Source: a virus
Length of the DNA: 64,000 nucleotides
Virus record (IMG/VR): IMGVR_UViG_3300042505_001173
Location: 64,001 to 128,000 of that record
Strand: one strand, 5' to 3'
Shown here: piece after piece, positions 48,270 to 59,196 of the stretch
Position numbering within the stretch: position 1 is the first letter of the stretch
Layout: each line of letters starts with the position of its first letter
Notes under the pieces: model-generated
What the model was told of the DNA's origin: nothing
The model's input: the letters and a program-made list of their open reading frames with translations, nothing else
The model's database searches: none
Program-made: the position numbers and the translations under genes

Positions 48270-50003
48270 TTACCCGTTGAACGATATTTTACTAAAATCA
48301 TTTTCCATATACACGTGCATAACTTTATCAAATAATGAAGATATTTCATCTTTATGTGTTACGATATACATTGTAATATTATCTTCTTTTGCTTTCTTTT
48401 TTAGCATTTTAATAGCTAATGACATAACACTAGAATCCAATCCTATATCTAACACTTCATCCAAGCAACAGATATTTACCGGGTTGCACATTTTCTGTCT
48501 TACATCTCTAAAAGCCATGGTTAATCCAATATTAACACGTGATCGTTGACCATGTGACAAATTTGAGAATGTAATGTTGCGTCCCAAGTATTTGATATCA
48601 GCAGTCATATTAGAGTTAAATGAAACTCTATAAGGTAATTCTAACTCATTCAAATAATGTTCTAATCTTTGATTTAAGAATTTTAAATTAGACGATAGTA
48701 GATTTTTGCGTATAAAGCTATCTTTTTTCGTTAATAATTTTAACAGAAATTGTTGATGCTCAACGATAGTTTTCAATTTATCTAAACTTTCATAATCGCA
48801 AGGATCCAAAGTAATTTGTTCTAATTCAGCTAACTGCTCCAAATAAACGTTATTGCTATTGTGTAAATCGTTAATTTTTTCGTGAATCAATTCAGCTTTA
48901 TTACGAATGTTAAGTAATTCTTCTAGATTTGTAACAGATAATTCACTGATAAGTTTTTTATGCTCTTCAGATTTTTCTATTAATTCTTTATCTAGCTCAG
49001 CAAGGTGATCAATCATTTCGTTAATTGTTTCGTCACATTTCTCAATCGCTTGTTCATTTTCAATAATTTTATCTTCGTTTGTATATTGTTGTTCACAATA
49101 TGGACATTTATTAGCTTTCAGTAAAACTAACTCGTTTACATGTTTTTCTTTACGTTGAGTATATTTTACGTATTGAGTACTTAACGCTGATTGTTGCTGC
49201 TTTATTTCTGATAAAGATGATTTAGCAGATACCGACGCATCGTATAATTCACGTTCTTTATCAAGATCAATTGACTCGATCATTGACAATTGCGATGTAT
49301 ACATCTCCAATTGTGTTAGTTTTGTCTGATCATATGTTGATGCTTTTGTTTTAGCGTTAAGAATTTGAGTGTCTAATCTACTTTGTTCTTGTTTTATTCT
49401 ATCAATCTTTGTAATTTGATCTTTGATCTGCTCTTCTGTAGATTTTATATGAGTCTTTAATATTGACGCTTTATCCGCAAGAATATGTAAATCAAACAAC
49501 CGTTCCATAAAACTAGTTTGCTGTGGAACAGGAATATTTAAAAATGAAGTATTGATAGCAGATATAACGACCATGCGTTTAAACATATCAGCTGGTATAT
49601 CAATAACATCTACAATTTTACCGTTCGTGTTACGTGAACTATCTAACGTAACCTCATGTTGATCTAAGAATTCACGATCTTTTGGGTTATGAAAGAATTT
49701 TACATAATTTCCTTGTTTTGTTTTACGACCTCGGGTAATTTTATAAAATCCTGAACCAGCTTTATGAAATGTAACAGAGCATACCATATCTTGTGTATTG
49801 ATATTATTGATCAATTCATCAGCGTTACAGTCTGTTAACGATTCATCATAACAGGTATAATAGATGCCATTAATTAATGTTGTTTTACCAACACCGTTGT
49901 GTCCAGATATTAGAATGACGCTACCTGTATCCAACGGTATCGTTGTTGATTGGTTTCCGTAACTTAAAAAATTTTTAAGTTCGATCTCTAAAAACGTAAG
50001 CAT
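48270..50003 (-). CDS. Recombination ATPase (T4 gp46/SbcC-like)
   Basis: KNFLSYGN, GHNGVGKT, CPYC hook, LSHGQ, LDEVLD. Confidence 0.95.
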   Translation of the reverse strand: MLTFLEIELKNFLSYGNQSTTIPLDTGSVILISGHNGVGKTTLINGIYYTCYDESLTDCNADELINNINTQDMVCSVTFHKAGSGFYKITRGRKTKQGNYVKFFHNPKDREFLDQHEVTLDSSRNTNGKIVDVIDIPADMFKRMVVISAINTSFLNIPVPQQTSFMERLFDLHILADKASILKTHIKSTEEQIKDQITKIDRIKQEQSRLDTQILNAKTKASTYDQTKLTQLEMYTSQLSMIESIDLDKERELYDASVSAKSSLSEIKQQQSALSTQYVKYTQRKEKHVNELVLLKANKCPYCEQQYTNEDKIIENEQAIEKCDETINEMIDHLAELDKELIEKSEEHKKLISELSVTNLEELLNIRNKAELIHEKINDLHNSNNVYLEQLAELEQITLDPCDYESLDKLKTIVEHQQFLLKLLTKKDSFIRKNLLSSNLKFLNQRLEHYLNELELPYRVSFNSNMTADIKYLGRNITFSNLSHGQRSRVNIGLTMAFRDVRQKMCNPVNICCLDEVLDIGLDSSVMSLAIKMLKKKAKEDNITMYIVTHKDEISSLFDKVMHVYMENDFSKISFNG

Positions 50004-50050
50004 TATTCACCTTAGTATAATGTAAAAGATATGATATTATAAATGATAAA

Positions 50051-51073
50051 TCATAGTTTTTTATATATTTTTACAAGGTGTTCATTATCGATTGATGGAC
50101 TCGATATTGAGTCTAACATTGTAATGATAGCGTCATGTGTATTAATATTAGATGTATCTGTTATCTCTTCAACATCATCATTTGTTATTTGTACGGTAGG
50201 TTCAGTAATCGTAATAGATGCTAAATTATACGTACTTGAAATAGCTGATTTAACTTCCATCATTTTACTATATTCCATATTGATATCAGCTACACATGAG
50301 ATATATGAATTATCAGGAATTTCAACTGTACCGTTAACAATTTCAGATAAACTAGTTCTAATATATTTTGGACACTCTTTCCAGTTTACAAAAGTGACAG
50401 AATCAACACTATGATCATGAATAGCAAACCCTCTATCGAAATCATTGGCATCTGAAAAATCCATCGGAAACGTGTTTCCAATATAGATAACATTACCTGA
50501 TTTTTGACGTTTATGAAAATGTCCTGAAAAAATTCGTTTGTATCTTTTAAAATCTGTGTGGTCATATCCGCCTGAGAATGTATTTGTTGCACCCGTGAGT
50601 ACAAACCCGTTAAATTCAAAATGTCCGTATGCATGCTCAGCATCATATTTGTTGAGAATATCATACTCTTCATGTATTAAGAAAGGACATAACAGAACAC
50701 CGTTACCAATATTAGGCTCTAATAACGGTTGATCTATTACGGTAAAGTTAGTAAACTCTTTATATTCAATAGTCGCATACACATTTCTATGTACTTTTGT
50801 GTACATATCGTGGTTACCAATAATGAAATAAATTGGTATGCCTAAATCGTTTAATTTTTTGGCACCATGGTATGCGTAGTTTAGTGTTGAGATATTAATT
50901 GCGTTTCTGTGTTCAAACCAATCACCTAGAAAAATGATATGATCAATTTTATTAGGTATGATATTTTCACAAACGAAGTTGATAAAATTAGTACAATCAT
51001 CATTATGTGTGTCAGAGTTTTGTTTTTTACCCCAATGAATATCTGTAAACAGTAAACCTTTTGTTAAACGCAT
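50051..51073 (-). CDS. Recombination nuclease (T4 gp47/SbcD-like)
   Basis: TDIHWG, LGDWF, GNHD, SGHFH. Confidence 0.95.
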   Translation of the reverse strand: MRLTKGLLFTDIHWGKKQNSDTHNDDCTNFINFVCENIIPNKIDHIIFLGDWFEHRNAINISTLNYAYHGAKKLNDLGIPIYFIIGNHDMYTKVHRNVYATIEYKEFTNFTVIDQPLLEPNIGNGVLLCPFLIHEEYDILNKYDAEHAYGHFEFNGFVLTGATNTFSGGYDHTDFKRYKRIFSGHFHKRQKSGNVIYIGNTFPMDFSDANDFDRGFAIHDHSVDSVTFVNWKECPKYIRTSLSEIVNGTVEIPDNSYISCVADINMEYSKMMEVKSAISSTYNLASITITEPTVQITNDDVEEITDTSNINTHDAIITMLDSISSPSIDNEHLVKIYKKL

Positions 51074-51091
51074 TATAGTACCTTTTGTTGA

Positions 51092-51613
51092 TTAGATTTC
51101 TTCGAATAATATAGCTTCATCATCTAGATCATCAATATCTGTTTCTTGATCTTCTTGTTTACGTTCCATAAACTCAAAATTGTCACGACGAATATACAAT
51201 GAAGCGGGATCTACGATATGATTATCTTCCATCGATGATTCTATAACGTAAGTATGAGATGGACTCGCTCCATAATCAACTAATAATTTATCTCTAATAG
51301 TTCGTTGTTTTTTCTCAATTTTTAGGTATTGAATAAATGAGTTTTTTATCGTCTGAGTATAGTAGGCGAACGGGTTACTTGACCTTTCAGCGTCAAATGT
51401 TGACCAGGTTTTACATAGATTTACTAAAGCATTCATTTTCATATCTTCGAGATATGTATACGATGCAAAATTACCTCTAGTAGCGTAACGATCACATAAT
51501 AGCGTAAGCATTTTCACTAACTCGTTACTCATTTGCTTATTTGTTTTACTAATAGCAATCTGTTCTAACAGATTATAATTACTTAAATAATTTCTGGGGG
51601 CACGTTTCGACAT
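51092..51613 (-). CDS. Late sigma factor (T4 gp55-like)
   Basis: NYLSN, NFASYTY.EDM, NPFAYYTQ...F...EKKQ. Confidence 0.9.
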   Translation of the reverse strand: MSKRAPRNYLSNYNLLEQIAISKTNKQMSNELVKMLTLLCDRYATRGNFASYTYLEDMKMNALVNLCKTWSTFDAERSSNPFAYYTQTIKNSFIQYLKIEKKQRTIRDKLLVDYGASPSHTYVIESSMEDNHIVDPASLYIRRDNFEFMERKQEDQETDIDDLDDEAILFEEI

Positions 51614-51724
51614 ATATTTCTCCATAAAAGTAAACAATATAACGGATTTTCAACACCATTTACAACTTATTTTTGGCAATTTAACTAATAAATACTAAAT
51701 GAATAAATTTTACGAGAACACTTC

Positions 51725-52318
51725 ATGTTACCTGATGCACAGCAACATCCGTACAAGTTAAGATTAGTTGGTACTATTACCGGTAAGATTGTTACGTTTA
51801 ATACTATGCCATCGATATACGAAAACAATAGTGCTACATATGAGACACTATCACCTGCTCATATGATTGGTGATTTTCACGTTTTTTCAAAATCACCTAG
51901 TAGATCATTTGAAATTAGTGAGTTAAAATTAGTATCACGAAATCAACAAGAAGCCCGCGCAAACATTGAACGAGTGTTTGCACTTAAAGGTTGGACAAAA
52001 TCATATTTTGGTAATACAGATGGTGATGCATCGCCAGAATTAATGAACTGGTTGGGTGCTCCTCCAGAGGTATTAAAATTTTCCGCAATTGGCTACTTTA
52101 ACGAGATTCCAGTTGTTCTAGAAAAAGTAAGTATAAACTTTCCAAACGATGTAGACTATATACCGACAGCATCATTAGAAGAAGGTGACCCATTAGGTAA
52201 TATTCCGTTTCCGCTAGTAACATCGATATCATTTACTATATTAGAACAACATTCTGCTTCTGAATACGAAATGTTCAATTTACACTCATACCGAACTGGT
52301 ACCCTACCCTCATTCTAA
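51725..52318 (+). CDS. Baseplate/tail-tube-associated protein
   Basis: TKSYFG, GAPPEVLKFSA, FPNDVDYI; AATAAATA late motif at 51687. Confidence 0.6.
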   Translation: MLPDAQQHPYKLRLVGTITGKIVTFNTMPSIYENNSATYETLSPAHMIGDFHVFSKSPSRSFEISELKLVSRNQQEARANIERVFALKGWTKSYFGNTDGDASPELMNWLGAPPEVLKFSAIGYFNEIPVVLEKVSINFPNDVDYIPTASLEEGDPLGNIPFPLVTSISFTILEQHSASEYEMFNLHSYRTGTLPSF

Positions 52319-52320
52319 TC

Positions 52321-52602
52321 ATGGCACAGAAATTTAGTAGATATACAAAAGGTGGTAAAGTAGATAGTACAGGGTTTTGGACCAGATCTATTTTTATCAA
52401 ATCATATGATGATATTTCAATAACAATTAGTAAGAAATACCACAGACGGCCGCACTTATTAGCAAGTGATATTTATGGATCATCTGAGTTATCATGGTTT
52501 ATTTTACAATATAATAATATTATAGATGTACATACAGAATTCGTTGAAGGTGTTGTATTGACATTACCTACTGCAACACGTTTCACTGCAGGAATGGTAT
52601 AA
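52321..52602 (+). CDS. Baseplate wedge protein (T4 gp53-like, LysM fold)
   Basis: RPHLLASDIYG..L.W.I..YNNI.D. Confidence 0.8.
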   Translation: MAQKFSRYTKGGKVDSTGFWTRSIFIKSYDDISITISKKYHRRPHLLASDIYGSSELSWFILQYNNIIDVHTEFVEGVVLTLPTATRFTAGMV

Positions 52603-52603
52603 G

Positions 52604-53803
52604 ATGTCAAATGTATACAATCCGCTGCATAAGTTCAGAAGTACGCAATATCATTTTGTATGGTTGTGTGCCGCATCTGATGAGGTTATTGCAAACATAG
52701 ATAAGGAAGAAGATGTATCTGATCTAAGTCGGTATTACCACCCTACTGGTGGACCTCAAAACAAATATAATGCAAAGGACATGAATGGTGGAAGCTATGT
52801 AGTGTTGTATAACTCTATGACTGACGTTGAATTCTCAATTGATTCAGTTACCATAGAGCATATTATTGCAGGTGGTGGCACTTCTCAAAATTACGAGACT
52901 ACAAATGCACAAGGTACCGTAAATTTGCGAATTGAGGTGATTGAACCATATACAGCTGATTTTGTTGCTGCTCTATACACAGCCGCTGACGCTGTTGGTA
53001 CCGATTTAGTTCATTTAAAATGCGGGTTAAAAATATTATTTGTAGGATACCCTGATGATAATAATGTATCTTCTCCTCATATAATTTCAGACATAAATGC
53101 AACTGCATTTATAATTAACGATATGACCATTGCATTAACAGCTAGAGGTGCACATTATGATATTGAGTGTACACCGATATTCAATAATGCAGCGTATCAT
53201 CATAGTGCAAGTAAAATTGGTGGGTTGACGACAGCATTACCGGAATCGTTACCCGATGCTATTGCCAAATTTGAAACACAAGCTAACGAGCAATCAAAAA
53301 AATCACAAGAATCGAACCCTGAATCAAAACCGTACAAGTATAAAGTTATATTAGATGATGCTTACAAAGATCCAAAATATAAATTAGATATTGTTTCTGA
53401 TGATCAGCGAAACACATTTAATGGTGCAAAACCATTAACTAAAAACAATACATCTAGTGATAAAGTCCCAGATTATGCTGACCAAACTGCTGATTCTACT
53501 AACGCTACCGGTGGCGATACAACTCAGGGAACACAACAAAACAAAGATAGTAAAGGTGTTGTCGGTGGTTCATCTGATCCAGCACCAGATATGACAGCTG
53601 TTCAATACGGTGAGGAAAAATTAAGATCGTTTGACAGTAAAAACTTTGAAGATTATCAAAAATATCGTGATACATTATTCATTACAGCTATTCAAAAGGG
53701 TGCCAATGTTGATAGAGCATTACAGGATGCAAGAATTGGTGCCGCCGATAAATTTAGTACAGAGATACAATCATCGATAGATAAAAGTAACGCTATTAAA
53801 TAA
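52604..53803 (+). CDS. Baseplate hub-like protein, N-terminal half
   Basis: NPLHKFRS..YHF, IEVIEP; follows the gp53-like gene. Confidence 0.55.
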   Translation: MSNVYNPLHKFRSTQYHFVWLCAASDEVIANIDKEEDVSDLSRYYHPTGGPQNKYNAKDMNGGSYVVLYNSMTDVEFSIDSVTIEHIIAGGGTSQNYETTNAQGTVNLRIEVIEPYTADFVAALYTAADAVGTDLVHLKCGLKILFVGYPDDNNVSSPHIISDINATAFIINDMTIALTARGAHYDIECTPIFNNAAYHHSASKIGGLTTALPESLPDAIAKFETQANEQSKKSQESNPESKPYKYKVILDDAYKDPKYKLDIVSDDQRNTFNGAKPLTKNNTSSDKVPDYADQTADSTNATGGDTTQGTQQNKDSKGVVGGSSDPAPDMTAVQYGEEKLRSFDSKNFEDYQKYRDTLFITAIQKGANVDRALQDARIGAADKFSTEIQSSIDKSNAIK

Positions 53804-53831
53804 TTTACATACTTGGTAACGATTAAAAGCT

Positions 53832-55835
53832 ATGGCTACGAGTACAGATAAACCTAAATCAACGGAATTAAATCTAGGACCAACATTAGCTGAAAAAACA
53901 TCTAATGCAACTGATTTAAATCTTGGTACACTAACAATGGCTGATGTTAATAAAGCCAAAGATCAAAAACCTTCTACAGAGCTTAATTTAGGTACCTTGA
54001 CAATGGCTGATGTTAATCAGCCAAAAGATCAAAAACCTTCTACAGAGCTTAATTTAGGTAACCAAAAAGCTTCCGATCTTAACAATCCAAAGCAGAAACA
54101 AGATGAACCTATAATATTTCAAACAAAAGTTGGTAATAAAATTCCTGATGCATTGAATGATATTATGTTGCTAAGTACAGAAGTTCATAATGATTCTATA
54201 AACATTGATAGTTCTGATCCAAATAATCCTAAAACGTACATACCTCGTATACAAAGTAGTGTTATTGAAGATCCAAAAACAAAAGAACGTACAGTTGTTT
54301 ACCATATAGGTAAGTTTGCTAAATTAATGAAGCCTGTAGATGAGGAAGCTCAGAGTGGTAAATCGGTTGAAGGATCAAGCAGTCTTCGTGGGTCAGGAGC
54401 AATGGGTATTGACCCAAACGGACCTTCAGCTAATACAGGTACCGGGAATCCAGGGAGTATAGGATCAAGTAGAGATAGTTCTGTTTTACCGGATATATTA
54501 GAGTACGATTACATATACACCGGTAAAAATGTAGATGTGCTTCAATTTGATATGAGCGTTAAATTAGGATATAACGCTCTTACACAAATACAAGTAAACC
54601 ATCCTGAACCAAATAATTCGAATCAAACAATATCACCTGAAAATTCCGCATTATCTCAACCTGATCCAAACGAAGAAGCTGGTGGTGCAAGCAAAGTAAC
54701 TACATCAAGATTGCGAGGTACTGATACATCTAGTACACCTAGTGGAAGTCCTATTGGTCCAACGGTGGTAGATCCTTTCCGAATAGGTAGTGGTTCGTTA
54801 AGTCCTGAAACATTATTTGCAGCTAGAAAAAATGTTTCAGATCAAATATCTATTGCGCTATCTAATCAAGTTAGTGTGTTAAAGATTGTTGGGAACCCTC
54901 TACTGTTAGCTGGATATACAGTGCCGTCCGATATGTTAGGGTCCGGTGCAGAGGAACCGACATCAGAATCGGTAGCGAATGCACAAAAGGAACATGAAGC
55001 TAAAACCGGAGGTAAAACCGGGATGACACCTACTGTAAAAGTTAATGTACGTTCTCCAAAGCCTTCATATATGCAAGGTGATACCCAGGGTGAAGATGAT
55101 AATTATTATAGTTCACCGTTTTGGATTAATATAAACAATTTTAGAATTGATAAAATCACCAGTAAATTTACAAGAGGTGAATTTGTTCAATTTCTTGACC
55201 TATACTCATTAGCGGAACAAAGCAATACCGATTACCATTCATCTGATCCAAATAGTCCTGCTGCTGAAGGTGGAGGCGAAGGTGGAGGTGGGAGCGGAAC
55301 GACAAGTCCATCCGATTACGGCCCTAATGTTAAGAACAATGGATCAGGTGTTAAACCGGGGTACCAAAAAGACTTTATGGATAAAAACTGGAATGCTGCA
55401 AATAAAGCAGCTGATGAGCTTGGAACAGATCCAAAAATATTGTTAGCGCAGTCAGCTCAAGAAGTCGGTTGGGGTAAAAGAACAATTAAAGATAAAGATG
55501 GAACGGATTCAAATAACATGTTCAATATTAAAGCTGATAAGAGTTGGCACGGACCAACCGTTACTAAACGTGCACTTGAATATAAAAACGGTAAACCGTA
55601 TTACTCGGATCAAAAATTTAGAGCGTATGGTTCACCGGAAGAGTCATTCTCAGATTATGCGAACTTCCTAAAAACAAATCCACGTTATAATAGTATTACA
55701 AAAACCCCAACGAAAGATGCGTCGCAGTATTTTGGACGGTTAAAACAAGCGGGATACGCTACAGCGCCAAATTATGCATCAGCTTTAACTGGTATATACA
55801 ACGGTAAAAGCATTAAAAACTATAAGCCGGAGTAG
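53832..55835 (+). CDS. Baseplate hub-like C-terminal half fused to a FlgJ-type (GH73) peptidoglycan hydrolase
   Basis: YDYIYTGKNVDVLQFD, IVGNP; AQSAQEVGWG, NNMFNIKA, FRAY, AGYATAPNY. Confidence 0.8.
   Translation: MATSTDKPKSTELNLGPTLAEKTSNATDLNLGTLTMADVNKAKDQKPSTELNLGTLTMADVNQPKDQKPSTELNLGNQKASDLNNPKQKQDEPIIFQTKVGNKIPDALNDIMLLSTEVHNDSINIDSSDPNNPKTYIPRIQSSVIEDPKTKERTVVYHIGKFAKLMKPVDEEAQSGKSVEGSSSLRGSGAMGIDPNGPSANTGTGNPGSIGSSRDSSVLPDILEYDYIYTGKNVDVLQFDMSVKLGYNALTQIQVNHPEPNNSNQTISPENSALSQPDPNEEAGGASKVTTSRLRGTDTSSTPSGSPIGPTVVDPFRIGSGSLSPETLFAARKNVSDQISIALSNQVSVLKIVGNPLLLAGYTVPSDMLGSGAEEPTSESVANAQKEHEAKTGGKTGMTPTVKVNVRSPKPSYMQGDTQGEDDNYYSSPFWININNFRIDKITSKFTRGEFVQFLDLYSLAEQSNTDYHSSDPNSPAAEGGGEGGGGSGTTSPSDYGPNVKNNGSGVKPGYQKDFMDKNWNAANKAADELGTDPKILLAQSAQEVGWGKRTIKDKDGTDSNNMFNIKADKSWHGPTVTKRALEYKNGKPYYSDQKFRAYGSPEESFSDYANFLKTNPRYNSITKTPTKDASQYFGRLKQAGYATAPNYASALTGIYNGKSIKNYKPE
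53850..54080 (+). repeat. Short coding repeats (KPSTELNLG/TLTMADVN)
   Basis: Four LNLG units, two nearly identical in DNA. Confidence 0.8.
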
Positions 55836-55900
55836 TTGATTGTTTATGTAGTACTATTATATAATACTCTAGTGTTTAATTTATTAAATTGGAGTATTAT

Positions 55901-56179
55901 ATGACTACAGAAATTATTTTACCTACAAGTCCAGTTGACCGTAAAAAATTATTTGGGAATGTTCAAGAAGCAGCATTATGTTTACAACGTATCGAAGATC
56001 AACGTAGTCACTACCGCGATATCGTAAAAAGCATTAAAGAAGATTTCCAAATTGGTCCTAAAGCGTCTGGTCAAATGATTAAGACCTATCATAAAAATAA
56101 CTTCAGAGAAGTCCAAAGTCAACAACAAGAATTTGAAGAATTGTACCTAGCTATCGTAGGATTAGATTCTGACGATTAA
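55901..56179 (+). CDS. dsbA: T4 DsbA-like dsDNA-binding protein
   Basis: P..P.DRKKL...KTYHKNNF...EFEELY. Confidence 0.75.
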   Translation: MTTEIILPTSPVDRKKLFGNVQEAALCLQRIEDQRSHYRDIVKSIKEDFQIGPKASGQMIKTYHKNNFREVQSQQQEFEELYLAIVGLDSDD

Positions 56180-56239
56180 TTTGTAGGGTGCTATACGCAC
56201 CCTAATTTCATTAAAACCTTCAAATAAGGAATGTGAATT

Positions 56240-56431
56240 ATGAAAGAAGAATATATTACTATTACTGGATCAAACCAAAAATTTAAATTATTATCAAAGA
56301 CAGCTATACCTTTTCATAAAGTACAATTAGTTGTAGAAGACAGTGAAGGTGTACGGTTTGTTTTTACGAGACAAGCAGGCTGCTATATAAGAACAACAAA
56401 ACCGGTAAATGATTACACAGAGGAATCATGA
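56240..56431 (+). CDS. Hypothetical protein
   Basis: AAGGA RBS; ATGA overlap with the polymerase. Confidence 0.6.
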   Translation: MKEEYITITGSNQKFKLLSKTAIPFHKVQLVVEDSEGVRFVFTRQAGCYIRTTKPVNDYTEES

Positions 56432-59046
56432 CATATATTAGCGCAATTATGAAACGTAACGATAACGGTTTCGTTACAGGTGATGATGTTTTAGTATGGG
56501 AATGCGTGGATGGGAAAAACGTATTAAAAACATACCCAGGTATTTTTAAATTTTATGTTAAAAAAGAAGATGGTCCATATAAAAGTGTATTTGGCGATTC
56601 TCTCGAAAAATATGAATTTGATACATTCCAAGAATTTAGACAAGCAAAAAAATACCTGTTGCAAGAGAAAAAACTCAAATTATATGAATCAGATATTTCA
56701 CCAGATACAAAAGTTTTATCAGCTCACTATTATGAGAAGCCATCTCCAAAACTAAATGTACTACTGTACGATATTGAGGTTGATTACTCCACGTTGTCAT
56801 ATGGAAGTGATTATATAGCTAAAGCTCGAATGGTAGGTAAGGATAAGGAAATTGATACACCATTACATGAAATACGTAACCTTTCACCTAAACAACAATT
56901 ATCAATTGAAGTTTATGATCCTAAAAATAAAAAATGGCAACCATACCCATATTCAAAATTAGCTTATGAAGGTCCTGTAGGGTTCAGTAGTCCTCAAAAC
57001 CCTTATGCACCAATTAACGCAATATCAATTTATAAACAATGGCTTGATAAGTCTATTGTTATGGCAGTACCACCTCCAGGGTTCGATCTTAAAACAGTTG
57101 ATCACTCGTTACATGAATTAACCGAAATTAGATTCTATAAAAATGAAAAAGAATTATTACTCGCATACTTAGATGAGATTGAAGAAGCTAGTGTGCTATC
57201 AGGATGGAATAGTGGTGGCTTTGATGACCCGTATGTAGCGAAACGAGTTGAAATAGTCCTTGGAAATCATCATTTTAAACGGTTAAGTTTCGAAGGTGCA
57301 AACGTACCATTATATCGTGAATTATTCGTTAAAGGCGCTAAGCAATTACGTGTTGATTATAGTGGTCGTATTCAACTAGATTATCTTGAGTTATTTAAGA
57401 AATTTGAAGGTGGTGAACGAGCTAGTTTCCGATTAGAAGCTGTTGCTGAAGATCATTTACCACATCTTAAAAAGTTAACATACCCGGGTACATTAGAACA
57501 GTTATATAGTAATGATTTTAATCATTTCTTACGATACAATATCCGTGATACAGAAATCCTAAAAGGTTTTGAAAATAAGCTAACGTATATCCAGTTAGCG
57601 AATGATATGATTCATTCTAGTACAAACCAGTTTAATCATATATTTGGTACTGTACGTATGGTTGATAATGCAATCGTTAATTATTGCCATTATGAGATTG
57701 ACCGTATTGTACCTGATAGATGGGATACAAAAGATGGTAAAATTCAAGGAGCTTATGTATTATTTCCTCAAAGAGGATTACATAAGTGGATTTGCTCCAT
57801 TGATATTAATTCTCTATATCCATCAGCAATTCGGTCTATTAATATTAGTCCAGAAACTGTTATTGGTCAGTTTGAAAATAATATTAAAGATTGGAATAAA
57901 ATATTTGAAGGTATCGAAGATGATATCACTATTAGGTACGATGACGGTTCATTTGAAACTAAGAAAACACAAGAATGGGTTGATTATTTTGCAGAACAAT
58001 GTTGGGCTGTTAGTGGTTACGGTACAGTATTTACACAAAAAGAATTAGGTATTATTCCATCGTTGTTAGCCAAATGGTATTCTCAACGAAAAGTATATCA
58101 AGCTGAAATGAGAAAATATGTTAAAGAGGCAGAAGCTTTAAAATATGATTTCTCAACAGGTACAGCTGTTGAACGTAAAGATTATGATAAAGATCTTTAT
58201 TTTGAGTTAACAGAAAAAGGTAAGTATTACAACCGGTTACAGTATATTTTCAAGATTAAACTGAACTCAACTTACGGTTGTTTAAGTAACTATAATTTTA
58301 GATTCTTCAGATTAGAATTAGGTGAATCGACAACAGGTACCAGTAGACAAATTCTTAGACATCAATGTAGATATACAAACTATGTAATCGATGGTGAATA
58401 CAATATAGATTTTCCAATTTACGAGAGTATGGCTATTATTGATAACATCAATAAAGAGAACGCTAAGCGGTTAGCTGAAGAAGCTGAGAGTGAATTTGAA
58501 TTTGAAGAAGTGGACGCAGTACATAATGATAGTTTGTCACTAGCTCAGTTAGTTGACTATGAACGTCAAGAATATTATCATGCTAATACAGTAACGCATG
58601 AAATGGCATTAGATGGTCCTGTATTCAAAGGTAAGTTTTCATCGCAGGTAGTAGTGTATGGCGATACAGATAGTGTTTTTTACCAGTCTCTGGTTGACAT
58701 CGACGGAGAAGAAAAAACCATTGAAGACCATTTTAACAATTTAAAGGAAAATGATGATACAATGCTGTTACATTATCCTGATAATGTCGAATATTTGTTA
58801 TTAAACGGTAACTATGAATCCCCATGCATAGCTGAAAAAGAATGGGAATATAAACCAGTAAAAGCAATATACAGACATAAAACCAAAAAACGCATGTATA
58901 GAGTTACAACATCTTCTGGTAAAATGGTAATTGTGACAGGTGATCACAGCATGATGCGTGTGAATGACAATAATGAGTTAGAATCGTTAAAAACTACTGA
59001 TTTACAAATCGGCGATAAAGTAATTGAATTAAATAATAAACTCTAA
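56428..59046 (+). CDS. Family B DNA polymerase N-terminal part plus split-intein N half
   Basis: YDIEV, GWNS..FD, YNIRD, DINSLYPS, KIKLNSTYG, YGDTD|S. Confidence 0.95.
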   Translation: MTYISAIMKRNDNGFVTGDDVLVWECVDGKNVLKTYPGIFKFYVKKEDGPYKSVFGDSLEKYEFDTFQEFRQAKKYLLQEKKLKLYESDISPDTKVLSAHYYEKPSPKLNVLLYDIEVDYSTLSYGSDYIAKARMVGKDKEIDTPLHEIRNLSPKQQLSIEVYDPKNKKWQPYPYSKLAYEGPVGFSSPQNPYAPINAISIYKQWLDKSIVMAVPPPGFDLKTVDHSLHELTEIRFYKNEKELLLAYLDEIEEASVLSGWNSGGFDDPYVAKRVEIVLGNHHFKRLSFEGANVPLYRELFVKGAKQLRVDYSGRIQLDYLELFKKFEGGERASFRLEAVAEDHLPHLKKLTYPGTLEQLYSNDFNHFLRYNIRDTEILKGFENKLTYIQLANDMIHSSTNQFNHIFGTVRMVDNAIVNYCHYEIDRIVPDRWDTKDGKIQGAYVLFPQRGLHKWICSIDINSLYPSAIRSINISPETVIGQFENNIKDWNKIFEGIEDDITIRYDDGSFETKKTQEWVDYFAEQCWAVSGYGTVFTQKELGIIPSLLAKWYSQRKVYQAEMRKYVKEAEALKYDFSTGTAVERKDYDKDLYFELTEKGKYYNRLQYIFKIKLNSTYGCLSNYNFRFFRLELGESTTGTSRQILRHQCRYTNYVIDGEYNIDFPIYESMAIIDNINKENAKRLAEEAESEFEFEEVDAVHNDSLSLAQLVDYERQEYYHANTVTHEMALDGPVFKGKFSSQVVVYGDTDSVFYQSLVDIDGEEKTIEDHFNNLKENDDTMLLHYPDNVEYLLLNGNYESPCIAEKEWEYKPVKAIYRHKTKKRMYRVTTSSGKMVIVTGDHSMMRVNDNNELESLKTTDLQIGDKVIELNNKL

Positions 59047-59196
59047 TTATTCAGGAATTAACAAATGAGTGATTTAAAAATTGAAACTGTTGTTTCTATT
59101 GAAGACTTAGGGTATGTCGACGATTGGGTATACGACCTTACAATGGAAGATACAAATATTCCATATTTTTTTGGTAATGGTATATTAGTACATAAC
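58672..59196 (+). mobile_element. Naturally split intein: IntN 58672-59043 (124 aa), IntC 59065-59196 (44 aa)
   Basis: IntN SVFYQS...VTGDHS...stop; IntC MSDLKI...VYDL...FFGNGILVHN|STYF with its own AGGA RBS. Confidence 0.92.
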
